Shown piece by piece: positions 1 through 9,803 of a DNA stretch of 64,000 nt. The position numbers were made by a program, and so were the translations under genes. How positions within the stretch are numbered: the stretch's first letter is position 1; each line of letters opens with the position of its first letter. Under the pieces are notes generated by a model, which saw only the letters and a program-made list of their open reading frames with translations, ran no database searches and was not told where the DNA came from. Origin of the DNA: Candidatus Altimarinota bacterium (GTDB taxonomy: Bacteria > Patescibacteriota > Gracilibacteria > CAIRYL01); the NCBI GenBank assembly GCA_965250085.1, contig OZ252287.1, forward strand, positions 121,065 to 185,064, given 5' to 3'.

Positions 1-46
1 CAAAAGTGCATTATTCTCTCCTCCTTGCTCCTTATATCTTCTTATT

Positions 47-1783
47 ATGAATCAAGAGAGTGCTTTGCAAATACTTAAATCGGGGAAAAATGTGTTTTTG
101 ACGGGTTCAGCTGGAGCAGGGAAGACGTATTTACTCAATCAATATATTGAATATCTGCGTGATCGTGGAGTTCCTCTCGCGATCACGGCTTCTACGGGTA
201 TTGCGGCTACGCATTTGGATGGGCAGACCATTCACTCATGGTCAGGGCTGGGGATCAAAGACGTACTTACGGATGCAGATCTCCAAAAAATTGCAAAGAA
301 AAAACCACTGCGCAACAGACTTGAGAAAGTACAAGTCCTTGTTATTGACGAAATCTCGATGCTCTCAGGCCAAACACTCAGCTGTATTGACCAGATTTTG
401 AGGTATTTCAAGACAAGTTTTAAACCGTTTGGGGGTATTCAGGTGGTTTTCTCTGGAGACTTTTTTCAACTCCCCCCCGTTTCAAAAGAGCGCCTCAGCT
501 CCCATGAAAAATTTGCTTTTATGGCTCCCATTTGGGTCAAAGCAGAATTACAAATCTGCTATCTGACGGATTCTTATCGTCACCAAAAAAATGCTTTGCT
601 CGAACTCCTGAATGAAATCCGCAGTGGAGAAATAAGTGAAGCAAGCGCAGATATGCTCCAAGAAAAGCTCGTGTCTGCGCATGAAAACACAACAGAATCA
701 GCTCTCAAACTCTTTACCCACAATGCGGATGTCGACAAAATCAATAAAGTGCATCTGGCAAAACTGGACTCTGATGTTCAGCGTTTTACTGCAAAAACTA
801 TGGGAAATCGAAATTTGGTAGAAGCGCTTAAAAAATCAACTCTTGCTCCCACAGATCTAGATCTCAAACAATATGCGCAGGTTATTTTTGTAAAAAACAA
901 TTATGAAATGGGATATCTCAATGGAACAATGGGAACCGTCACTGATTTTGATGATGAGGGGTGGCCAATTGTGGAAACATTCTCAGGTGCTACTCTTGTG
1001 GCAAAACCCGTAGAATGGAGTATTGTCGATGAATCTAATATCGCTGTAGCGTCTTTTTCTCAAGTTCCTTTACGTCTAGCGTGGGCGATCACGGTACACA
1101 AGAGCCAGGGAATGACGCTTGATAGTGCCGAGATAGACCTTTCTAAGACGTTCGAACAGGGGCAAGGATACGTGGCACTCTCGAGAGTAAAGACATGGGC
1201 AGATCTTACTTTGCTGGGATGTAACCAAAAAGCTTTGCAAATGGATCCTCTGGTGATGGTTGCGGACAAGCGATTTCAAGAACTCTCTTCTCATATTGAT
1301 TCTGAGTTTCAGCAGAGCGATGCAAAAAAACTCCAAAAGAGTTTTGATGATTTTATTGAGCGCTCAGGAGGAACTTTGGATACGAAACTCATTGCTCAGA
1401 ACCATAAGCGCAATGCACTCCCTCGAACAGTCGCCCCCAAGGCGCCCAAAGTTTCTACATATGAACAAACAAGGGTTTTGATTGTAGAAGGAAAAAATCT
1501 AGAGCAAATTGCTACGGCGCGGAATGTGACAACAAACACTATTGTCTCCCATTTGGAAAAACTCAAATCTGAAAATTCTGACCTGGATATCACGCGATTT
1601 AAACCGGATACAAAGCTTTTGGATATCGTTATCGCAGCGATACAAAAATGCAAAAAAAACTCAATCGCAAAAGACTTTGATCAAGATGGACATCTCAAAC
1701 TGGGATTGATCCACCGAGAGCTCAAAGGGAAGGTTGGGTATGATACAATCAGACTCTGTAGAGTGTTTGCGAAAAAGAGTTGA
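47..1783 (+). CDS. PIF1/RecD-like SF1B DNA helicase with C-terminal HTH-like tail
   Basis: 578-aa ORF. Walker A 'GSAGAGKTYLL', Walker B-like 'VLVIDEISML', 'FSGDFFQLPPV', and C-terminal 'VHKSQGMTLD' and 'GQGYVALSRV' motifs are typical of PIF1/RecD-type helicases. HTH-like 'LEQIATARNVTTNTIVSHLEKL' lies near the C-terminus. Confidence 0.85.
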   Translation: MNQESALQILKSGKNVFLTGSAGAGKTYLLNQYIEYLRDRGVPLAITASTGIAATHLDGQTIHSWSGLGIKDVLTDADLQKIAKKKPLRNRLEKVQVLVIDEISMLSGQTLSCIDQILRYFKTSFKPFGGIQVVFSGDFFQLPPVSKERLSSHEKFAFMAPIWVKAELQICYLTDSYRHQKNALLELLNEIRSGEISEASADMLQEKLVSAHENTTESALKLFTHNADVDKINKVHLAKLDSDVQRFTAKTMGNRNLVEALKKSTLAPTDLDLKQYAQVIFVKNNYEMGYLNGTMGTVTDFDDEGWPIVETFSGATLVAKPVEWSIVDESNIAVASFSQVPLRLAWAITVHKSQGMTLDSAEIDLSKTFEQGQGYVALSRVKTWADLTLLGCNQKALQMDPLVMVADKRFQELSSHIDSEFQQSDAKKLQKSFDDFIERSGGTLDTKLIAQNHKRNALPRTVAPKAPKVSTYEQTRVLIVEGKNLEQIATARNVTTNTIVSHLEKLKSENSDLDITRFKPDTKLLDIVIAAIQKCKKNSIAKDFDQDGHLKLGLIHRELKGKVGYDTIRLCRVFAKKS

Positions 1784-2029
1784 AGTAGATTTACAAATCC
1801 AAGCTCTTCAAGAGCCAAGAGTATTTCCGAACGAAGTCCAATTGTTTTGAATGCGGTCATGAAGAAAGAATGATCTAAAAGAATGGCGATTCAGAGGAGT
1901 GCGGTATGGAGAGCAATACAACGCAGGAATATATTCCAAAACAATTTTTTCGAGAAATATTGACGTAATAAAAAGAATATACTACGCTACAATCTAATTT
2001 TATGCGTTCTCATTTCATGCATTCTTTGT

Positions 2030-3496
2030 ATGTCCGAAAAAAGTCCATTAGTTCACACATCCAGCCGTACTCAACATCCAGAAATAGTTATCGCGGCTCA
2101 TCCTGGAGCGATGACCTCTTTGGGAAATACTCAGGACACGGAAAAAGGACTCCTGGAGGGGAGAAGTGGTATACGTGAGTTTGACCCAACCGAAATTGCC
2201 AACATGCAACTTCAAGCTCAGGTTGCGGGTATGGAGGAGCAGACACTACTAGAAATAGCATGGAAATCAGGAGTAGGAGCTCTTGTTTCTCCTGAAGATG
2301 AAAATCTTTTTGAATATCCAAAATCCCTTCAACCTCCCAGAGGATCAAAACCAGCTCGGGCAGGGCGTTCTATTCGCTATGCTTATGCCGCTGCCAGGCA
2401 AGCATTGGCGATACTTCCGCCAGAATTATTTGATCCCGAAGGATATATTCATCCAGAGTATCAAGACAACACTATGATAGATGTGGGGATGGGAGCAGGA
2501 GTAGATATTGAAAACCTAGAGGGTGCGTATCTAGAGCTTCTAACCGGTGCTGATAAAGGAAAAGTACAAGGAAGATATGCAATTCCCACTTTTATGACAG
2601 GCACACTTGCAAACCTCGCCGCGGGACATATTGCAAATGAATTTGGAATACGAGGAGGGACACAATCAACAAATGCAGCATGCGCTTCTTCGGGGCATGC
2701 TATGAAAAATTTGCACAATTCTCTTCTCACAGGTGAGGCTCAGATAGGAGTGGTCGTTGGCTCTGATGCAGCAGCAAGAACTGTGACAGGTGTCGTTTCC
2801 TTCGATTCTCTTATGGGCCCCCGAAGACAGGGGGCGCTTTCTCGGAATTGGAGAGACCATGGTGGCGCCACAAAAGCTCTTCGAGCCTTTGATGAGAGCA
2901 GAGATGGTTTTGTCCCAGGAGATGGAGCAGCAGCATTTGTCATGATGAAACGTGAGCTTGCAGATACAGTACCGGTAGAATACCAAGCAATTGTACGTTC
3001 GATCGTACGAAACACTTGTAACCCACAGAGAGATGGAGGATCTCTCACGGGAGGGACTATTCAGGGACAAACAAATTGCCTTCGTCAGGCAGTAGAACAA
3101 GCTCGGCTTTCCGCTACGAACTTTACAGGGAGGCTCAATTTTATAGTTCATGGCACAGGGACACAGTTGGGGGCTGAAAATGAAATAGCGGGAATACGAG
3201 AAAATTTTGCAGACTTTCTAAATGATGAAAAGATAATAATCACAGGAAACAAAGAGCAACTTGGGCACACACTCGGAGGAGCATTTGCCCTCAACGTGTT
3301 TCAAGCACTCATGGCAATGAAGAAGGAGCAGTGCTCAGGGCTTCCGGCTACAAGAAATATTGATCCAAAGTTTGTAGATGTTGCACAGGCAATTGCTCAG
3401 CAGAGTTTTTGTGTCTCAGGCGAAGATATGTATGGAGTAGCCGCTTATGGTTTTGGAGGTGTAAACGCTGTAGCAATCCTCGAACCAGCTCACTAG
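2030..3496 (+). CDS. beta-ketoacyl synthase, KAS I/II (FabF-like) family
   Basis: 488-aa ORF with ATG start. Condensing Cys motif 'TNAACASSGHAM', His motifs 'VHGTGTQLGAENE' and 'LGHTLGGAFAL' (Cys-His-His type), and C-terminal 'YGFGGVNAVAILE'. Confidence 0.8.
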   Translation: MSEKSPLVHTSSRTQHPEIVIAAHPGAMTSLGNTQDTEKGLLEGRSGIREFDPTEIANMQLQAQVAGMEEQTLLEIAWKSGVGALVSPEDENLFEYPKSLQPPRGSKPARAGRSIRYAYAAARQALAILPPELFDPEGYIHPEYQDNTMIDVGMGAGVDIENLEGAYLELLTGADKGKVQGRYAIPTFMTGTLANLAAGHIANEFGIRGGTQSTNAACASSGHAMKNLHNSLLTGEAQIGVVVGSDAAARTVTGVVSFDSLMGPRRQGALSRNWRDHGGATKALRAFDESRDGFVPGDGAAAFVMMKRELADTVPVEYQAIVRSIVRNTCNPQRDGGSLTGGTIQGQTNCLRQAVEQARLSATNFTGRLNFIVHGTGTQLGAENEIAGIRENFADFLNDEKIIITGNKEQLGHTLGGAFALNVFQALMAMKKEQCSGLPATRNIDPKFVDVAQAIAQQSFCVSGEDMYGVAAYGFGGVNAVAILEPAH

Positions 3497-3526
3497 AGAT
3501 ATTTCTTTTTTAAAAATCATCGCATA

Positions 3527-5077
3527 GTGCAGTCGACAGAAAAATCAGCAGCAGAAACAGTACCTTCAGAGCTCGAACAGGCTCGAAATCTCCCAACGGA
3601 TAAATTTTTGCAAAGATATAGGAATGTTTTGAGTGATGTGTTTCAGGCTGGCGAACCTGATATTCATAACACATTCCTTTCAGCAGAAAATTGGAAAAAA
3701 CTTGTGCAAGCCGGTGCACTTTTGCCAGCTATTGCTCAAGAAAGAGGAGGAAGAGCCGATAGCACATTAGAATTTCTGAGTATTCATACAGAAGCTTCCA
3801 GATACTCTTTGCCACTGAGCCTTTATCTCGGAATTGTAAATGCCTTGTTTTTAAGGAATCTGAGGAAATATGGAAGTGGAGAGACTCAAGATGAAATTTT
3901 TCCAAAGTTTCACCAAGGGGCTACTGGTGGCCTTGCAGTGAGTGAGCCGGGATATGGTACTGAAGCTTTTAATATGCAAACTTCGTATAGAGAGATTCCA
4001 AAAGGAGGATATCGTATTTCAGGGGAAAAACACTGGCAGGGATTGAGTGGTTCAGCAGATTATTGGCTTGTGGCGGCAAGAGAAAAAGATAAAAACGGAG
4101 ACTTGTCACGACACCCCGACCTCTTTTTTTGTAGAGAAGGGCTTAGATTAGAAAGGAACTATGAAACAAGTGGCCTCAAAATGATCCCCTATGGGAGAAG
4201 TGCGATAGATGTGGTCACACGAGAAACACGGAGAGCTCTTCCAGATTCTACAAAAATTGCAATGTGGCAAGACATCTTCCTATCGAGTAGAGTCGGATTT
4301 CCGGCAATGACGCTTGGTTTTTTGGAGCAAAACTTTGATAAAGCACAAGAGCATTGCTCCCGAAGACCTATGGGGAACGATCATTTGATTAATTTTGATC
4401 AGGTTCAAAGTCGTTTGGCGAAAATGCAAGCATACGAAACAATTTGTAGAGCAATGGTCTCTCATACCGCAAAAAATATAAAATTAGATGATGTTTTAGA
4501 CCAAGGAAACAGATTTGAAGTCGCAAAACAATCGATCAGAGCAAATGCTCATAAAGCACTCATTACTGAATATATGGCTGAATCCGCAAGGCACGGAAGA
4601 ATTTTGCAGGGCGGAATGGGATTTGAAACAAGTAATTATTTTTCCAGAGCCATGGAAGACAGTTGGCCATTTCAGATATTTGAAGGCCCAAATGATACTC
4701 TGTACTCCCAAATTTCTACCTCACTTGCAACCCTGATAAAAACAAGAAAACACGAAAGTGTTGCTGATCTTTTGAAAAATTTTGATCTCACAAAAGAAGT
4801 CGCTGGTAAATTTACCAAACTTTTTGACTTCACATTTGACAGAAAAAGAACTCCTCAACGAAAGCTGGTGCTCCTCGGTCAAGCTATGGCAAGGATAATT
4901 GCTTTTCAATACTTAGAAGAAATGGGGTCACTAGATCCCAAACAACAACCATATGTTCACAATGCACAAATGCTTTTGTACATGGAAATAGAGGAAATTC
5001 TCGGAAATTATAAAAGCGAAAAATTTCTGGAGACCGTCGAAGGAGTTCGTGAGCAATGGCAAAATATTTTTCTCTAA
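3527..5077 (+). CDS. acyl-CoA dehydrogenase family protein
   Basis: 516-aa ORF with GTG start, 30 bp after the ketosynthase. Motifs 'GGLAVSEPGYGTEAFNMQT', 'GEKHWQGLSGSADYWLV' and C-terminal 'FQIFEGPNDTLYSQIS' (YEGT-like catalytic Glu motif). Confidence 0.75.
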   Translation: MQSTEKSAAETVPSELEQARNLPTDKFLQRYRNVLSDVFQAGEPDIHNTFLSAENWKKLVQAGALLPAIAQERGGRADSTLEFLSIHTEASRYSLPLSLYLGIVNALFLRNLRKYGSGETQDEIFPKFHQGATGGLAVSEPGYGTEAFNMQTSYREIPKGGYRISGEKHWQGLSGSADYWLVAAREKDKNGDLSRHPDLFFCREGLRLERNYETSGLKMIPYGRSAIDVVTRETRRALPDSTKIAMWQDIFLSSRVGFPAMTLGFLEQNFDKAQEHCSRRPMGNDHLINFDQVQSRLAKMQAYETICRAMVSHTAKNIKLDDVLDQGNRFEVAKQSIRANAHKALITEYMAESARHGRILQGGMGFETSNYFSRAMEDSWPFQIFEGPNDTLYSQISTSLATLIKTRKHESVADLLKNFDLTKEVAGKFTKLFDFTFDRKRTPQRKLVLLGQAMARIIAFQYLEEMGSLDPKQQPYVHNAQMLLYMEIEEILGNYKSEKFLETVEGVREQWQNIFL

Positions 5078-5108
5078 AAAAAAGCAGAGAACTCTGTGCA
5101 GAGCTATT

Positions 5109-5513
5109 TTATTCTGTCACCACAAACGAGCCAACCATCCCCAGTTCGCGATGTGAACCGATACTGCAATAAAACTCATATGTTTTTCCGGCACTGTCTG
5201 TAGGTACTTCAAATTCGAGAATTTCTTCTTCTCCTGCCCGGAGTCGAGAACTTTCCACTCCCAGTTCATCGAGATCAAAATCATGAGTTCCTTCTACATT
5301 GACCAACTTGATGCGAATGGTCGATCCTGCTTTGGCTTCGATAATATTGGGTTCGTAATAAAAGTTTCCCAGCTCCAGAGTGTAGTCAACTCCTCCTTCT
5401 TCTTGCTGAGCATCTGTGGAGAGGTCTTTCACTCCTTGTTCTTGAGGAGTCTGTGACACATGCGAACATCCGGCTAAAAAAAGGGACAAGAGAAAAATTT
5501 TGAGTGATTTCAT
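5109..5513 (-). CDS. cupredoxin-like (blue copper) lipoprotein
   Basis: Start taken at the internal Met 'MKSLKIFLLSLFLAGCSH' (signal peptide plus lipobox). Type-1 copper ligand pattern: 'EGTHDFDL' (His) and 'FYCSIGSHRELGMVG' (Cys-x4-His-x4-Met). Confidence 0.7.
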   Translation of the reverse strand: MKSLKIFLLSLFLAGCSHVSQTPQEQGVKDLSTDAQQEEGGVDYTLELGNFYYEPNIIEAKAGSTIRIKLVNVEGTHDFDLDELGVESSRLRAGEEEILEFEVPTDSAGKTYEFYCSIGSHRELGMVGSFVVTE

Positions 5514-5671
5514 ATTGAGAGTAAAAAAATAAGTACAAAAATTGTATTGTTTTTCTATAGAAAAAAGCAAATAAAGAAAAAAATACTAAAAACTGAAAGC
5601 GAGGAATTGAATCTTTTTTACGAAAATAGTTTTTTCTTTGCTACAATACACATGATTTTTTCTCAAAGAGT

Positions 5672-6367
5672 ATGTACACCCTTGTTGTCGTTCGTCATGG
5701 AGAGAGCACATGGAATAAGCTCAATCAATTTACCGGATGGACAGATGTGCCGTTAAGTGAAAAAGGAGTGAAGGAAGCGAAAACTGGCGGAAGACTTCTT
5801 CAAGAAAAAGGATTTGAGTTTGATTTTTGCTACACTTCATATCTCAAGAGAGCCGTTCATACATTAGATTTGATTTTGGATGAGATGGATCTCAGTTGGC
5901 TCCCTGTAGAAAAAACATGGAGGCTCAATGAAAGATGCTATGGAGCGCTACAAGGACTCAATAAGGCAGAGATGGCAGAGAAGCACGGGAAAGAGCAGGT
6001 GCACATTTGGCGAAGGAGCTATGCCACTCCTCCTCCTGCGCTGACCGAAGATGACGAGAGATATCCAGGGAATGATAGGCGCTACGCGGATCTTTCCAAA
6101 GATCAAGTTCCATTTACAGAAAGTCTTGCAGACACCGTTGAGAGAATGCTCCCATTTATTGAAAACACTCTTTTTCCAATAATTCGATCTGGAAAGAGAG
6201 TTCTTGTTTCTGCTCATGGAAACAGCCTTCGGGCACTTGTGAAGTACTTGGAGAATATTTCTGACACAGATATTCCGGGGGTAGAAATTCCTACAGGTAT
6301 TCCCCTTGTCTATGAATTGCACAAGAATCTTGAGCCAATCAATAAATACTATTTGAAAGAAGAATAA
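5672..6367 (+). CDS. gpmA: 2,3-bisphosphoglycerate-dependent phosphoglycerate mutase
   Basis: 231-aa ORF. N-terminal '[28 protein letters not shown]' (RHGE catalytic His motif), 'SYLKRAVHT' and '[10 protein letters not shown]'. Confidence 0.95.
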   Translation: MYTLVVVRHGESTWNKLNQFTGWTDVPLSEKGVKEAKTGGRLLQEKGFEFDFCYTSYLKRAVHTLDLILDEMDLSWLPVEKTWRLNERCYGALQGLNKAEMAEKHGKEQVHIWRRSYATPPPALTEDDERYPGNDRRYADLSKDQVPFTESLADTVERMLPFIENTLFPIIRSGKRVLVSAHGNSLRALVKYLENISDTDIPGVEIPTGIPLVYELHKNLEPINKYYLKEE

Positions 6368-6437
6368 CAAGCGGGAGAAAAAATTTCACAAAAGGACTCT
6401 TTGTCTCTACAATGGGACGACAAAATAATTCTTTTTT

Positions 6438-8732
6438 ATGGAGCAAGCGTTTTCGGACATTCTTAGGAACATGAAATCATATAATGCTTTGCAGGATACA
6501 AAGCGTGTGAAAATGGCGTATACAACAGCCCTCAAACATCATGGCTCACAAAAAAGAATTTCAGGAGAGCCCTATATGTTTCATCCACTTGCAGTCGCTT
6601 CACTTTTGACAGAGTTAAAAGCAGACGAAGACGCTATTATCGCCGCACTTCTCCATGATTTACTTGAAGACACCTCTCTTTCTCTTTCCGAAATAGAGCA
6701 TGAGTTTGGAAAAGATGTAGCACTTCTTGTAGACGGGGTGACCAAAATATCACGAGAAGAATATTCGACAGACGATCCTCAAAAATGGCGCCTCGCATCA
6801 CTGAGAAAAATGTTTGAGATCATGGGACAGGATATCCGAGCGATTCTCATAAAAATTTGTGATCGTTTGCATAATATGAAAACTCTTTCTGCTCTTCCCA
6901 AAGAAAAACAACAAAGAATTGCCGAAGAAACCCTCCAAATATATGTTCCTCTTGCCAAAAAACTCAATCTAGAAAAACTCAGACAACAATTGATCACCGA
7001 ATGCTATAAAACTCTTTTTCCCGATATTCATTCACAACTGATCACTACACAAAAACAAAATGCTCGAAAAGCCAAGAATGCAAAAGGAAGAATAGAAAAG
7101 CTCCTTCAAAAACCAGAAGGAGATTTTGGCGATATAGAAGTTCGTATTTTCCCCAAGATATATTTTTTTTCATCTGAAGAAACAGAAGAACATGTAGCTG
7201 CTTTGGAAATAGCCAAGACACATATTATCCAAATTGTTCCCTCTCAAATAGATCAGTGTTACCAAACTCTATTTCTCCTTCATAAAAAATATACAGTTCA
7301 ACCACATGCATTCAAGGATTACATTAGCAACCCAAAAGAAAATGGATATCAAGCCCTTCATACCAGACTCGTTGACACCAAAGGGAATGTACTGAGTATT
7401 CAAATTTTGACGAAAGAAATGGCCTCTCTTGCCTGGAAAGGGATTGCTGTCTACTGGAATGGAAAAAAAGATGCTCTCAGATACAAAAACATAAGAAAAT
7501 TTCCTCTGCGCATTCGCTGGCTGGAAGAACTCACTAAGTTTTCTGAAGAACAAAAAGAGCATGATCTGGACGAAATGGAAGAATATCTTCATGCAGACTT
7601 TCTTAAAAAACCAATTTTTGTAATTGATACATATGGCAAAGCAATTGACCTCCCAGAAGGATCTACTGTACTTGATTTTCTCTATCGCCATTCTCCCGAT
7701 CAAGCCGGGCGAACAAAAGAGGTATTTCTTAATAAATTGCCAGTTGATCTGAGTCACACTCTCAAGGACGGAGACCGAATAGAATTTAAATATGATGATT
7801 TACTCAGGGCTGATGTCTCTTGGCTTAACTTTGTACAGACCTATTCTGCACGAAAAAGTATTCAAGCAGATCTCGCCAAAACACCAAAACAAAAGAAGAT
7901 CTCTATAGGAAAGACTCTCCTGCAAAATGAATTTGATGCTGAGCATAAGGGAATGATCAGCACCTATCCACATAAAATGTGGAAGAGAGTATATGCATTT
8001 TTTCAAGTTGCTGATGGAGATGAACTTCTGGCACATATTGGATCTGGAAAAATACAAGCAAACAGGGTGTATGCGGAATTTTTTGAAAACAATGAAAAAT
8101 CTACACACAGACATCAGAGATGTCGATATGTGATCGCCTTTGAATCATCAAAAAAGCTCACATCGTTTCTTTTCGAGAAAATACAAAAATATAAACTTAC
8201 TTTGCACGAAATGCTTTTTCGCCATAGTAAAAATGGATCACAGGCAATACTAGAAATAGAAGAGCCTTCTTCTGGAAAGATACAAAAATTTCTGCGAGAA
8301 ATAAGGACACATGAAGCAGTAAAAAATATTCAAATGGTGACACCAGCATATAAAAAAATGTTTTTGAGTGTACTGTGGGCATCAGTAGCACTGCTTCTCG
8401 GAGTGTTTTTTCTCTTCATCAAAGAATTCGAAATTATTCAATCGTCCACTACAGGATTTATGAAAAATATCATCACCTATGCTCCTTTTGTCATCTTGCT
8501 CATTGCCAATATGCTTAGTATTCGCACAATGCGTAATTACTTAAGCTGGATGCGAAAAGACAGGACGTATGTGATCTTGGGGGTAGCTATAGATGTCGTG
8601 AGTATGACGGCTTTGATTCTTTTATTTCGATATCACAACATCGAGTTCAGCATTCTTACGTTTTTGGGTTTGTTTTTGATTGGAATTTTTATAAATACCT
8701 ATCAGTTCACAAGAGAAGAAAAATTTTCATAG
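6438..8732 (+). CDS. RelA/SpoT homolog (HD hydrolase, RSH synthetase-like, TGS and ACT-like domains) with four C-terminal TM helices
   Basis: 764-aa ORF. HD region 'SGEPYMFHPLAVA','HDLLEDT','DRLHNM'. Synthetase-like 'NGYQALHTRL...SIQILTKEM'. TGS-like 'LPEGSTVLDFLYRH'. The last ~124 aa contain four hydrophobic segments ('FLSVLWASVALLLGVFFLFI','YAPFVILLIANMLSI','YVILGVAIDVVSMTALILLF','ILTFLGLFLIGIFI'). Confidence 0.85.
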   Translation: MEQAFSDILRNMKSYNALQDTKRVKMAYTTALKHHGSQKRISGEPYMFHPLAVASLLTELKADEDAIIAALLHDLLEDTSLSLSEIEHEFGKDVALLVDGVTKISREEYSTDDPQKWRLASLRKMFEIMGQDIRAILIKICDRLHNMKTLSALPKEKQQRIAEETLQIYVPLAKKLNLEKLRQQLITECYKTLFPDIHSQLITTQKQNARKAKNAKGRIEKLLQKPEGDFGDIEVRIFPKIYFFSSEETEEHVAALEIAKTHIIQIVPSQIDQCYQTLFLLHKKYTVQPHAFKDYISNPKENGYQALHTRLVDTKGNVLSIQILTKEMASLAWKGIAVYWNGKKDALRYKNIRKFPLRIRWLEELTKFSEEQKEHDLDEMEEYLHADFLKKPIFVIDTYGKAIDLPEGSTVLDFLYRHSPDQAGRTKEVFLNKLPVDLSHTLKDGDRIEFKYDDLLRADVSWLNFVQTYSARKSIQADLAKTPKQKKISIGKTLLQNEFDAEHKGMISTYPHKMWKRVYAFFQVADGDELLAHIGSGKIQANRVYAEFFENNEKSTHRHQRCRYVIAFESSKKLTSFLFEKIQKYKLTLHEMLFRHSKNGSQAILEIEEPSSGKIQKFLREIRTHEAVKNIQMVTPAYKKMFLSVLWASVALLLGVFFLFIKEFEIIQSSTTGFMKNIITYAPFVILLIANMLSIRTMRNYLSWMRKDRTYVILGVAIDVVSMTALILLFRYHNIEFSILTFLGLFLIGIFINTYQFTREEKFS

Positions 8733-8792
8733 AGAAAATATATTTGTCCTCTCCCTCTTTTTTGCTAGCATACTCTGCGAAAAGACACATGG

Positions 8793-8867
8793 TGCCCGGT
8801 CGCCAAGTGGTAAGGCAGAGGGCTTTGAACCCTCTATTCGCAGGTTCGATCCCTGCCCGGGCAGCCA
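8793..8867 (+). tRNA. tRNA-Gln (anticodon UUG), CCA encoded
   Basis: Hand-folded cloverleaf. Acceptor TGCCCGG/CCGGGCA; D arm GCC-AAGTGGTAA-GGC; anticodon stem GAGGG/CCCTC with loop CTTTGAA (UUG at 8825-8827); T arm GCAGG-TTCGATC-CCTGC; discriminator G then CCA. Confidence 0.9.
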
Positions 8868-9003
8868 AATATATAATTTATATTTGTCAAATAAACAACC
8901 TAAAAAGAACTACAAGATATAAAAAGTAACTTGACAAGGAATATACGAAAAGATACCATTGGGAATAGATTCACCACAAAGAGCGTCCTTTAAGGTCCCG
9001 TCC

Positions 9004-9504
9004 TTACTGGGCTCTTTTTATGTAATCTAATTTTTTCCTCGAACCTTCAATGGCTGTGATCTTCCCCTCCGCGGCCTTTGGAATCAAGGACGAATACTTT
9101 TTCAATCCTGGAACAAGAACCATTTCTAATTTATCTTTTTTATTCAAATATCTTATAAGGCATGCGAAATCACCATCTCCACTCACGATTACTGCTTTGT
9201 CGTATTCATTAAAATCTATCATAGCCTGCAAAACCATTTCTGCATCCGTGTTGCCCTTTCTTTTCCCGTTTTCATACTTCAGTGTTTCCTTATGTACTAG
9301 AACGAATTCAGCCTTTTGTAAAGATTGATACAAGGATTGATATCCTTCCACAAAGCCCATGAAAATATAAGCTACCTGAACTCCATATTTCTCTCTCAAA
9401 TATACTCGGAATTTTTTATAATCCAATTTCCATCCTTGGTTTTTAATCGAGTAATATAAATTACTCTGATCTATAAATGCATAATTTGTAAGTGGCTTTT
9501 GCAT
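9004..9504 (-). CDS. NYN (LabA-like, PIN-related) domain protein
   Basis: 166-aa ORF. 'NYAFIDQSNLYYS' N-terminal acidic motif and 'AVIVSGDGDFACLIRYL' motif are characteristic of NYN/LabA-like domains. Confidence 0.8.
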   Translation of the reverse strand: MQKPLTNYAFIDQSNLYYSIKNQGWKLDYKKFRVYLREKYGVQVAYIFMGFVEGYQSLYQSLQKAEFVLVHKETLKYENGKRKGNTDAEMVLQAMIDFNEYDKAVIVSGDGDFACLIRYLNKKDKLEMVLVPGLKKYSSLIPKAAEGKITAIEGSRKKLDYIKRAQ

Positions 9505-9513
9505 TGTTTATTT

Positions 9514-9657
9514 TTACACATGCTCATTCTGATCTTTATCTTGAGAGAATAAAAGATTAAAAAGAGGTGCATAGTTTTCTTCTGGCATTTCTTCATCCGT
9601 CATATAAATGACGCAGTGGTCTGTTTCCACTAAGATGTCCTTTTTTGAGGTTTCCAT
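9514..9657 (-). CDS. 47-aa acidic small ORF immediately upstream of the NYN gene (hypothetical)
   Basis: Hand-translated ORF below the 60-aa track cutoff: METSKKDILVETDHCVIYMTDEEMPEENYAPLFNLLFSQDKDQNEHV*. Its stop lies 9 nt before the NYN start codon. No recognisable motif, and coding status is unproven. Confidence 0.3.
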   Translation of the reverse strand: METSKKDILVETDHCVIYMTDEEMPEENYAPLFNLLFSQDKDQNEHV

Positions 9658-9803
9658 AAAATGGCAAGGTTACCACTATTTTATTTTTTCTACGAAATCG
9701 ATTCATAAACATTCAGCATCTGAATCCACTCGATTTGAAACAAATACAGTTGGGGAAACCAACGAAAAACTAATAACATCTCTCTTTGGTTTCTAGTTTA
9801 TTC

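Noticed and set aside
5078-5108. A bidirectional terminator between the convergent acyl-CoA dehydrogenase and cupredoxin genes (A-run, GCAGAG...CTCTG...CAGAGC, T-run).
   Set aside because: The only possible stems are 4-5 bp with 2-4 nt loops, which is too weak to call.
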